Source: an uncultured Acidobacteriota bacterium
GTDB lineage: Bacteria; Acidobacteriota; UBA6911
DNA: 64,000 nt
Direction of reading: 5' to 3'
Assembly (NCBI GenBank): GCA_963718845.1
Contig: CAVRAD010000001.1
Location: forward strand, 47,434 to 111,433
Below the pieces are notes generated by a model. It did not search any database. It saw only the letters and a program-made list of their open reading frames with translations, and was not told where the DNA came from. This document shows positions 30,954-39,260 of this stretch, piece after piece (position 1 is the first letter of the stretch; every line of letters begins with the position of its first letter). The translations under genes and the position numbers were made by a program.

Positions 30954-32365
30954 TCACTCTAAGATTCCAAGTCTGTTCTGCCATTCGGTAAGCGTCTCGA
31001 CTGCGTCGCTGAATACGATGGATGAAGCCCTGAACCCCGGCCGCCTGAAGCGCGGCGATTTGTTCCTTCGGATTTCCGGCCACCAGCACCGGCACGCTGA
31101 CCTTCGGACAAACTTCCTGCGCAAGCGCAAGATACTCGGGGTCGGAGCTGCACAAAATGATCAGGTCCGCATCGGTGCCTTCGTACTCTTCCGATTGCGT
31201 TATGTCGAAAGCGGCGCAGCCGAAAAAGTTCAGGCAGAAATTCGAACGGGCACCCTTCATCTTCACGTCGCCGCGCATGAGCAGAAGCACCTTCGGGTAT
31301 CGCCCGGTGATGAGCGCATGCTCGACGGTGCGCTGCCGTATTTTCTCAAAGGGCTCCGCGATGCGGTATTGAGGAAGCGGACCCGGTTGCGGCTGTGTCT
31401 CGGTTTCAGACTTCTTTTCCGTCAGGTCGGGGTAGTTGTTCACACCCACAAGTACGCGGCGGCGGCTGGACATCGCTTTGTCGCGCGCGGCGCGCGGAGC
31501 AGCCAGCGCCTTTTCTATGGAACCGGACGCCAGCGCTTTGGCATAGCCGCCTTCGGCTTCGACTTGCTGGAAGAGTTTCCATGCTGCGCGGGCAATGGAA
31601 TCGGTCAGGGTTTCGATGTAATAGGATCCTCCGGCGGGATCGGCCACTGTATCGAGGTGCGTTTCCTCGCGCAGGATCCGCTGAATGCTCAGCGCGAGAT
31701 GTTCGTCGATGCCGAACGGCTCGATAGTCAGTTGATCGCAGCCGCCGATCACGGCCGAAAGCGCTTCGGTGGTCGCGCGCAACAGGTTGGTGTAGCGGTC
31801 GCAAAGGCTCTTGTTCCGTCGCGGCGTGCGCACGTGCAAGTGCATGGCGCAGGATTCGGCGTCGTTCGATCCGAAGGCGGCGACGGCCTGCGCCCATAGA
31901 AGACGGGCGGCGCGCAGCTTCGCGATCTCCATGAAATAGCTCGGGCCGACCGCCATGACAAATTCTATTTCGCGCGCGGCGGCATCCACAGGCTGCGCCG
32001 GCGCTGCGTGCGGCCAGGAGTTCTACGCCCGCGGCAATCGCATATCCCAGCTCCTGTATGGCGTGCGCCCCGGCTTCGTGCAGCAGGTCCGCTCGAATCG
32101 CATCCGCGGCGGGCTTGCCGTCCGCAACGGTTTCCCACCCGCAGCGTGTACGGCGCACGGAGAGCTGATCTTCCAGACCGGCCAGATTTTCTTTTCGATA
32201 ATAGGGTCGGACTGCCAGTCCCTCCTCGGTGCGCCAAACCAACTTCTTATCGTAGTCGGCGCCCTTGAGGTCTTTCGCAATCACGGCTTCCCATGCGGCG
32301 GTCGGAACCGCGGGGAATTCCTGGCCCAGATTCAAACTTTCGGTGCCCGGTGCAGATTCAGGCAT
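30954..32365 (-). CDS. mutA: Methylmalonyl-CoA mutase small (beta) subunit; two apparent frameshifts (~32000, ~31012)
   Basis: ORF 31406 N-terminal part, then ORF 30940 ([16 protein letters not shown]...). An alternative frame at the end gives [18 protein letters not shown] followed by GGAG and the mutB ATG at 30943. Confidence 0.75.
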
Positions 32366-32829
32366 GGGAACCCTCCTGTACCACTTCTATTAGATACCCG
32401 AATGCCGCCGTCTCTGTGGCCTTGGGATGGATGAAAAAAACCATCGTGCCGCGCGATCCTTTCCGCGGAGCCTTGTCGACGAGCTTGAATCCGTTCTCTT
32501 TCAGATAATCGAACGCCTTCTGTATGTCCGCCACGCGCAGGGCGACGTGCGCCAGTCCGCCGCGCCCGCCATTCTTCTCAATCTGCTTGGCGACCGGCGA
32601 TTCCGCATTCAGCGGCTCAATCAGCTGCACCAGGTTCGGGCCGGTGCCCACCTGCAGCAGCACTTCCCGCACCTGATCCGTGCCCAGCACATCCTCGCGG
32701 TGCATTTTCTTGGAATCCCATGGTCTTGTAGGCGTGGACATGGGCTTCGAGTTCACCGGGTTTGACCGATATGGCCACGTGATCGAAAAATAGAAATCCG
32801 GGTACTTGTTCCAGTTGTGAATTCATCAT
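32358..32829 (-). CDS. mce: Methylmalonyl-CoA epimerase (VOC/glyoxalase fold); apparent frameshift ~32705
   Basis: N-terminus FDHVAISV..LEAHVHAYKTMGFQE (ORF 32617), then VLLQVGTGPNLVQLIEPL...GGLAHVALRVADI...FFIHPK (ORF 32358). ATGA overlap with the upstream gene. Confidence 0.75.
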
Positions 32830-33212
32830 TCAAACTCCACTACCACCTGTCCCGACTGGACACCGTCCCCCTCTTTTACCGGGATGGCGGCAATCTTGCC
32901 GGGATTGGGGGCTGTAATATTCGTTTCCATTTTCATCGCTTCGAGCACCAGCATCACATCGCCGGTCTGCAGGCTCTGTCCCACCTGCGCCGCCACGCGT
33001 ATCACGATACCGGATACGGGGCTGCGGCATACCTTGGCTTCGTCTACCGGTTTATTGTCGCCGGCTGCGGGAGCGGGCGCGGGCGCTGCCGGGACTCGCA
33101 CAGCCGCGGACCCGACCGGGATGCCGCGTAGAATAGGTGAGGGCGCCGTGGGTTCTACGGCTTCAACTTCGACTTCATATGTTTTTCCATCAATAGCAAT
33201 ATTCAATTTCAC
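32826..33212 (-). CDS. Biotin carboxyl carrier (1.3S-type biotinyl subunit)
   Basis: GTG at 33212 follows GGAGG. C-terminal biotinylation motif VLEAMKMETNI. Ala/Pro linker. Confidence 0.8.
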   Translation of the reverse strand: MKLNIAIDGKTYEVEVEAVEPTAPSPILRGIPVGSAAVRVPAAPAPAPAAGDNKPVDEAKVCRSPVSGIVIRVAAQVGQSLQTGDVMLVLEAMKMETNITAPNPGKIAAIPVKEGDGVQSGQVVVEFE

Positions 33213-33220
33213 GGCGCCTC

Positions 33221-33578
33221 CTAAGTATGCAAGTAGTGGGACGCCTGGATCGACGCGCGCCCCTGCTGCGCCCACGCATGTGAGCTGAGCAATCGAATCT
33301 GTTTTATGCGGATGCGAACTCCCAGGTACGCACCCAGCGCGGCCGAAATGGCGATCAGTTCTTCTTCCGTAATTTCTTCTTTTTGCGGTTCGGGCTGCGG
33401 CGCCGTTTCCAGCGCCACCGGGACCGGAATCGTTTCCAGGGCGGCGGGCTGCTTCGGTCCGGTCGCTTCCAGCTGCTCCACTCGCTCGGAGAGCGCCAGC
33501 GAGTTGAGCCTGAACTTTTTCCAGCAGTTCCGCCAAACCCTGCATTGTTATTTTGTTTGTCTTTGTTATTTTGGCCAT
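33221..33578 (-). CDS. Small OadG-like/decarboxylase-gamma-like subunit; apparent frameshift ~33500
   Basis: ATG at 33578 has a GAGGGGAG RBS (MAKITKTNKITMQGLAELLEKV). Continues in ORF 33221 (EEITEEELIAISAALGAYLGVRIRIKQIRLL..AWAQQGR). Confidence 0.5.
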
Positions 33579-33592
33579 ACTCTCCCCTCGCT

Positions 33593-35161
33593 CTATAGCG
33601 GAATCAGGCCATGTTTCTTGGCCGGTCTCAGCTCGCGCTTGGTATGCACATATTCCAATGCCTGCGTTATGTGATGCCGCGTCATGGAGGGCTCGATAAT
33701 GGCGTCCACCAGCCGGCGACCGGCGGCTACGTATGGATTGGAGAAAGTCTCGCGGTACTTCTCGATCAGTTCCTTGCGCTTGGCCGCTTTATTGTCCGCT
33801 TCCTGAATCTCCTTACGGAAAACGATTTCAGCCGCGCCTTCCGCGCCCATTACGGCAACTTCCGCCGTTGGCCATGCGTATACGCGGTCTGCGCCCAGGT
33901 CTTTGCCGCACATTGCCAGGTACGCGCCGCCATAGCTTTTGCGCAGGTTCACCGTGATCTTCGGGACCGTCGCGGCGGAGTACGCGAACAGCATTTTTGC
34001 TCCGTGGCGGATGATGCCGCCGTACTCCTGCTGTACTCCCGGCAAAAAGCCCGGCACATCGACGAAAGTAAGCAGTGGGACATTAAAGGCGTTGCAGAAA
34101 CGGATAAAGCTCGCGGCTTTGTTGGAAGCGTTGATGTCGAGCACGCCTGCCTGCACCGAGGGCTGATTTGCAATGATCCCCATAGAGCGGCCGGAAATGC
34201 GCGCAAATCCGATGACGATATTGGCGGCATACCCTGCCTGCACTTCCAGGAAATCGGCAAAGTCCACCACTCGGGTGATTACCTCGCGCACATCGTATCC
34301 CTTTTTAGTATCCGTGGGCACCACCTTGTCCAATTCCGGATTGGCTTCGAAATTGGGATCGCCTTCCACTTGCGGCGGATCCTCCAGGTTATTGGACGGC
34401 AGGAAGCTGAGCAGCTTCTGGCATATTTCTATGGCATGGTGGTCGTCTTCGGCGATGAAGTGAATCACGCCGGAATAGGCCATATGCGATTCCGGGCCGC
34501 CCAACTGTTCGGCGGTCACACTCTCGCCGGTAACGCTCTTGATTACCGACGGACCGGTGATGAACATCTGGGCCTGACGGGTCTGGATGATGAAGTCGGT
34601 TAAGGCGGGGCTGTAGGCTGCGCCGCCTGCGCAGGGGCCGCAGATAAGCGATATTTGCGGCACTGCGCCCGAGAGCATCACATTCGTATAAAATACTTTT
34701 CCGTAGGCTGAAAGGGAATCAATGCCTTCCTGAACACGAGCGCCTCCCGAATCGTTGATGAAGATGAACGGCGATCCTGTCTTCAAGGACTGCACCATGA
34801 TCTCGGCCACCTTAGTGGAATGGACTTCGCCGGCCGAACCGCCGGAGACAGTGAAGTCCTGGCTGGCAAGATGCACCAGCCGGCCGTGGACCGATGCTGC
34901 GCCGGTCACTACGCCGTCCGCGGGAAAACTTTTTCCGGCCATGCCGAACAGCACTGCGCGATGCTCGGCGAACAGGCCGGCTTCTTCGAAACTGCCCGGA
35001 TCCACCAACTGATCAATTCGTTCTCTGGCGGTCAGCTTGCCTTCTTCATGCTGCTTTTCCTGTTTGTCGGCCCCGCCTCCCTGCATGGCGCGGTCCCGCC
35101 GCTTCCGCAATTCCGTGATCTTTTCCTGCATTGTATGTATAGCCATTGTTCGTGACTCCAT
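33593..35161 (-). CDS. Carboxyltransferase (propionyl-CoA carboxylase beta / transcarboxylase 12S type)
   Basis: 522 aa. KLTARERIDQLVDPGSFEE, GGARVQEG and PQISLICGPCAGGAAYSPALTDF are typical of acyl-CoA carboxyltransferases. The start may be the ATG at 35146. Confidence 0.85.
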   Translation of the reverse strand: MESRTMAIHTMQEKITELRKRRDRAMQGGGADKQEKQHEEGKLTARERIDQLVDPGSFEEAGLFAEHRAVLFGMAGKSFPADGVVTGAASVHGRLVHLASQDFTVSGGSAGEVHSTKVAEIMVQSLKTGSPFIFINDSGGARVQEGIDSLSAYGKVFYTNVMLSGAVPQISLICGPCAGGAAYSPALTDFIIQTRQAQMFITGPSVIKSVTGESVTAEQLGGPESHMAYSGVIHFIAEDDHHAIEICQKLLSFLPSNNLEDPPQVEGDPNFEANPELDKVVPTDTKKGYDVREVITRVVDFADFLEVQAGYAANIVIGFARISGRSMGIIANQPSVQAGVLDINASNKAASFIRFCNAFNVPLLTFVDVPGFLPGVQQEYGGIIRHGAKMLFAYSAATVPKITVNLRKSYGGAYLAMCGKDLGADRVYAWPTAEVAVMGAEGAAEIVFRKEIQEADNKAAKRKELIEKYRETFSNPYVAAGRRLVDAIIEPSMTRHHITQALEYVHTKRELRPAKKHGLIPL

Positions 35162-35163
35162 TT

Positions 35164-35292
35164 AGGTTCCAGGTTCCAGGTTGCAGGTTCCAGGTTGCAG
35201 GTTGCATGTTCCATGTTTCATGTTAAAAACCGCACTCTGTAACCTGTAACCTGCAACCTGTAACTTGTAACCTGTAACTTGTAACCTGGAAC
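35164..35292. repeat. Tandem-heptamer hairpin: AGGTTSC units followed by inverted GTAACCT units
   Basis: aggttcc aggttcc aggttgc aggttcc aggttgc aggttgc atgttcc atgtttc ... gtaacct gtaacct gcaacct gtaactt gtaacct gtaactt gtaacct. Lies between two co-directional minus-strand genes. Confidence 0.8.
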
Positions 35293-35332
35293 TAATTATT
35301 AGTACGAAATCCCGCTAGAAATGCGGATTAGT

Positions 35333-36850
35333 CTATGCCGGCGAAACTGTTACCCTGTGCGTGGTCTCGTTCAGTTTCACATCATACGTGATTGTTTTGC
35401 GCACCGGACCTTTGCCGCTGTCCTCTGACGAGCCCGGCGCGCCTTGTGATGGAGACGCGGCCTGCTGCGCGTTCGGGTCCTTGCCCAGGTTTTTCGGGCC
35501 TGCGTCGCGCGTGGAAAAAAACTTAGGAGCCACCTGAGGAAACATGGCAAAAGTGAGCACGTCTTCATCCGAGCCATTGCAGCCGGGCAATTCCAGCGCC
35601 GCTTCGCGCAGATCCTGCCACTCCGGCTTCAGGAGATCCGCGGGACGGCACGTGATCGGAGGCTTGCCAGTCTGTTTGGCTGCCAGATCGATGACCTCTG
35701 GATTGCGCGGCCCTATGGTTTCACCGTAGTAACCCAGCATCAGGTCGGCAAACTCCCCGGTCATGACTTTGTATTTTCCCATCAGCACATTGAAGACCGC
35801 CTGCGATCCCACAATCTGGCTCGATGGCGTAACCAGCGGCGGGAAGCCGGCGTCCTTGCGCACTTTCGGAACCTCGGCCAGCACTTCATCCGTTCGGTCG
35901 TCCGCCTTCTGCTGTTTTAGCTGGCTTTCCATGTTGGAGAGCATGCCGCCGGGAATCTGGCTTTCGAAGATCTCAGTTTCCACGCCGGTGATGTTCGAGA
36001 TGAATTCCTTATAGCGAGGGGCTATTTTCAGGAAGTGCTTCTTGATTTTCAGTAGCCGTGCTTTGTCGATCTTTGTATCGAAACCCGTGCCTTCGAGCAT
36101 TTCCACCAGGCTCTCCGTGGGATTGTGGCCGGGCCCGAGGCTGAGGGCGCTGATCGCCGTATCGACTCCATCCGCGCCGGCTTCGATGGCTTTCATCAGG
36201 CTGACCATGGTGACGCCGGTGGTGGCGTGCACGTGGACCTGAACGCGCACATTCTGTCCGCAGGCGTCCTTGATTCCACGGACAAGATCATAGGCCGGTT
36301 GCGGTTTGAGAAGCGCCGCCATGTCCTTGATGCAGATGGAATCGCAGCCCAGCGCGACGAGTTTCTCTGCATGCTCCACGAACTGTTTGATGGTATGCAG
36401 CGGGCTGGTGGTATAGGAGATGGCGCCCTGGGCATGTTTGCCTGTCTTCTTCACGGCGGCAATGGCGCGCTGCAAGTTGCGAATGTCGTTGAGCGCGTCG
36501 AAAATCCGGAACACATCGATGCCGTTGTTGGCCGCTTTTTCGACAAAGCGATCGACGACCGTGTCTTCGTAATGGCGGTAGCCGAGCAGGTTCTGGCCGC
36601 GCAGCAACATCTGGAGCCGCGTGTTCGGCATGAGCTTGCGGAAGGTGCGCAGGCGTTCCCATGGGTCCTCATTGAGAAACCGGATGCAGGAGTCGAAAGT
36701 CGCGCCTCCCCAGCACTCAACGGACCAGAAACCCGCCTTGTCTATATCCTCACACGCAGGGGCCATATCCTCGGTCGCCATACGCGTCGCCATCACACTC
36801 TGATGCGCATCGCGGAGAATGAGTTCGGTAATGTCAATTATCTTGGGCAT
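35333..36850 (-). CDS. Pyruvate/oxaloacetate carboxyltransferase (transcarboxylase 5S / OadA-type) without C-terminal biotinyl domain
   Basis: MPKIIDITELILRDAHQS..., HVHATTG, and no AMKM motif at the C-terminus. ATG at 36850 follows AAGGAAGA. Confidence 0.85.
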   Translation of the reverse strand: MPKIIDITELILRDAHQSVMATRMATEDMAPACEDIDKAGFWSVECWGGATFDSCIRFLNEDPWERLRTFRKLMPNTRLQMLLRGQNLLGYRHYEDTVVDRFVEKAANNGIDVFRIFDALNDIRNLQRAIAAVKKTGKHAQGAISYTTSPLHTIKQFVEHAEKLVALGCDSICIKDMAALLKPQPAYDLVRGIKDACGQNVRVQVHVHATTGVTMVSLMKAIEAGADGVDTAISALSLGPGHNPTESLVEMLEGTGFDTKIDKARLLKIKKHFLKIAPRYKEFISNITGVETEIFESQIPGGMLSNMESQLKQQKADDRTDEVLAEVPKVRKDAGFPPLVTPSSQIVGSQAVFNVLMGKYKVMTGEFADLMLGYYGETIGPRNPEVIDLAAKQTGKPPITCRPADLLKPEWQDLREAALELPGCNGSDEDVLTFAMFPQVAPKFFSTRDAGPKNLGKDPNAQQAASPSQGAPGSSEDSGKGPVRKTITYDVKLNETTHRVTVSPA

Positions 36851-37162
36851 GTCCGGTTCTTCCTTAAAGAATTTAGTTGATCCATCGTTTTCTTCCTGAG
36901 TCTTAGGGTGGGCCATGATAGAAGGCGCCAGCTCTGAAATCCCATCTCCGGCAACGCGGAAAATGTGACTCGGGCAAAATTGGTAATTCTTAGCCTAAAG
37001 CGCCTCGAATTCAAGACCCAATACGCGAGATAAGTGAAAGAAAGACATGATTTATTTCTGCCGCTAAGTTGTTGATCTGATTAAATAAGCTGTTCCGCTC
37101 TGTGGAAAGTGCATGGCAGGGACGTCCAGGTAACACAATGTAGTAGTGCAGCCTAAAGAGGC

Positions 37163-37591
37163 TTATTTCACGACCCACCAGGGAACTTTTAGGATGGGTT
37201 CAATGCCGGATCTATCGCTCATAAGTTGTTGAGTTTTTCCAATGTTGGCAGAATCTTGCCTGTTAATAGCGCGCGTAAGCATTTGGCGCTCGGCAAGCTG
37301 TCGCGCGACTTCTGCTAAGGTTAATCTGTGCGCCTCTCTTAAGATCTTTTAAGCATGAGAGCAATCATTGCACTTTCCCGGCTTGCTCCGACAGTAAAAG
37401 ATTCCCGGTCAAGAGGGCGAACATCTACCTTAAATCCTTTCTGATTTACCAGGCCTTCGATCGCATCTGATATCATGAAATAGGCATCGTTTTTTGAGGT
37501 TCCTTGAGTCATAACTTCTAGCAACGACACTTCGACGAGCCAATATTTGCTGCCTTTGTCTTTCCAAATCCGCACCTTCAGAAAATCTCAT
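37163..37591 (-). CDS. hicB: HicB-family antitoxin with C-terminal HTH; two compensating homopolymer frameshifts (~37583, ~37348)
   Basis: ATG at 37591 follows AGGAGG. Removing one T gives MRFLKVRIWKDKGSKYWLVEV...TQG. Adding one A to the A4 run joins KILREAHRLTLAEVARQLA..., ending at the TAA at 37163. Confidence 0.6.
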
Positions 37592-37594
37592 GCT

Positions 37595-37783
37595 TTACCT
37601 CCTATGCCCCGGAAATGCTTCGGCCTTTCTAAGAATTTTCTGCGCGAGCGGATCCGACACTTCACGGTGTCTTGGGACCGGCTCGGTTTCTTTGCCATTT
37701 GTCCAGATTTCATGATTACCGCCTTCTCGTAGCAGCCACCACCCAAGAGACTTTAGTGATAATTCCAAGTCTCACTTTTTCAT
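37595..37783 (-). CDS. hicA: HicA-family toxin with an in-frame TGA at codon 4
   Basis: ATG AAA AAG TGA GAC TTG ... reads MKK*DLELSLKSLGWWLLREGGNHEIWTNGKETEPVPRHREVSDPLAQKILRKA. A TTG two codons after the TGA could serve as an alternative start. Confidence 0.5.
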
Positions 37784-37876
37784 ATCTTTATATTACACAT
37801 ATATGTGTAAATAGGGCAATAGAAGTTGATACGAATAGTTATTGGCGTAAATATTCCGCGACCAGGTTGATTTTAA

Positions 37877-39030
37877 CTATGCCAGGAGTTGCTGGGCTCG
37901 AATCAAACGATCCTGGACCCGCACTCCATTCGGACACTGAATGGCGCAGGTTTCACAGTCGATGCAACGCATATCACGAACTTCTCTTGCAAGATCTCTG
38001 AAGCTTACGACCGCATGATGGTAGTCGCCGTAGAAATCATGATACGAGAGAAAACGCAGCACGTCCGACACGGGCATGCCCTTCGGACACGTCCCTTTGC
38101 ACTGGTAACACATGCGGCAGTAATCCGGCCGGATCTGCTCGTTTATTAAGCCCAGTAATTTCTCATCCGCTGGAGTATAGGATTCCGACATCGCCCGGAA
38201 ATTCATTTCGAGCTGTGGAATGGTCCGCATATTGGGGACGGTTGTGCCGATTGCCGGATTCTGTAAAACCCATTTAATGCCTGCGACCGGGCCGTCACCG
38301 TTTGGCCTGGCGGGCGGGTTTTCGACGCTTTTTAAATTAAAGCCCGACAGCGCGACCACGACTTTCATGGCAATGACGCCGATGCCGGCTTCATGGAGCT
38401 TGGCAATTGCCGGTTCTCGGTAGCGTCCGCCGATCGGGAAAACTGTAGGTAGTCTGAATGACATCGAATTTCCCGGTTTTCAGAATGAAGGGAACCATGT
38501 TGTTGATATCGTGGCAGCTGAAGCCGATGAAGCGGGCTTTCCCCGATTTCTTGCATTGTCTCCAAAGCCTCGATCGCCTCATCCGGGATTTGGGCCGGGT
38601 TATCCCTTCCATGCAGATGCCAGATGTCGACGTGATCCGTGCCAAGTACTTGAAGACTCGTGTCCAAGTCCTCCAATATGTGCGCTTTCTTCGTCCTGCC
38701 GGACTTGCTGGCGATTATTATCTTGTCTCTTTTGCCTTTGATCACACCGGAAAAGATTTTTTCGCTGTCGCCGTAATCGCGGGAGGTGTCGAAGTAATTA
38801 ATGCCCATGTCAATGGCGCGCGCGACAACATCCGGAACCGGCACGAATCCTATGCCGTAACCGACCCCGGTAACCTTTAATCCTGTTTTTCCCAAAGTCC
38901 GATATACGACCTGGGGAGCGCTCGAACTCCCCTGAAATGCCGAGTGCAAGCCGCCCGATGAGACAAGCCCTACAGCAGGCAGAGCCAAGCCCGCCTGCAG
39001 AAACTTCCTTCGTGATTGATGGGAATCCAT
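37877..39030 (-). pseudogene. Decayed paralog of the Tat aldo/keto reductase-FeS protein (two frame breaks ~38550 and ~38440)
   Basis: ORFs 38365, 38391 and 37877 read consecutively and are colinear with 8295-9428 (SRRKFLQAGLALPA; KARFIGFSCHDINN; FPIGGRYREPAIAKLHEAGIGVIAMK; CRMCYQCKGTCP...CIDCETCAIQCP). Confidence 0.7.
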
Positions 39031-39160
39031 AAACCCTCCTTAGGTCTATTATGAGGAACAATTAAATATGTCTGTTTTTCAAAGCGTTTTCCTTAAAGGG
39101 ACACTATAACCAGGTAGAAGTCTGAAGGAGCTCAACGTCTTCGTTGATATGCACACGCTA

Positions 39161-39212
39161 TTTGTAGTAGCATGCCCCCATTTTATGTGTACTCGTTTGT
39201 GGTAGTATGCCC
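39161..39212 (+). promoter_or_regulatory. 17-nt direct repeat upstream of the cytochrome operon (candidate regulator site)
   Basis: tttgtagtagcatgccc (39161-39177) and tttgtggtagtatgccc (39196-39212), 15/17 identical, 35 nt start-to-start, 50-100 nt upstream of the first cytochrome gene. Confidence 0.3.
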
Positions 39213-39260
39213 ACTCTGAAACATACTTGTTGGGGGATGGATTGAATCCGACATCTTTAT

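Noticed and set aside
28797-33578. Programmed ribosomal frameshifting or recoding as an explanation for the split mutase-operon genes.
   Set aside because: There are too many sites in too many unrelated genes, no slippery heptamer plus structure pattern, and some sites are simple homopolymers. Sequencing error or decay is far more parsimonious.
37772-37774. TGA in hicA as selenocysteine or an alternative genetic code.
   Set aside because: TGA is used as an ordinary stop by many well-supported genes in the window (for example mce, the biotin carrier and mutA). I saw no SECIS-like hairpin immediately downstream, and a Sec at codon 4 of a toxin has no precedent that I know of.
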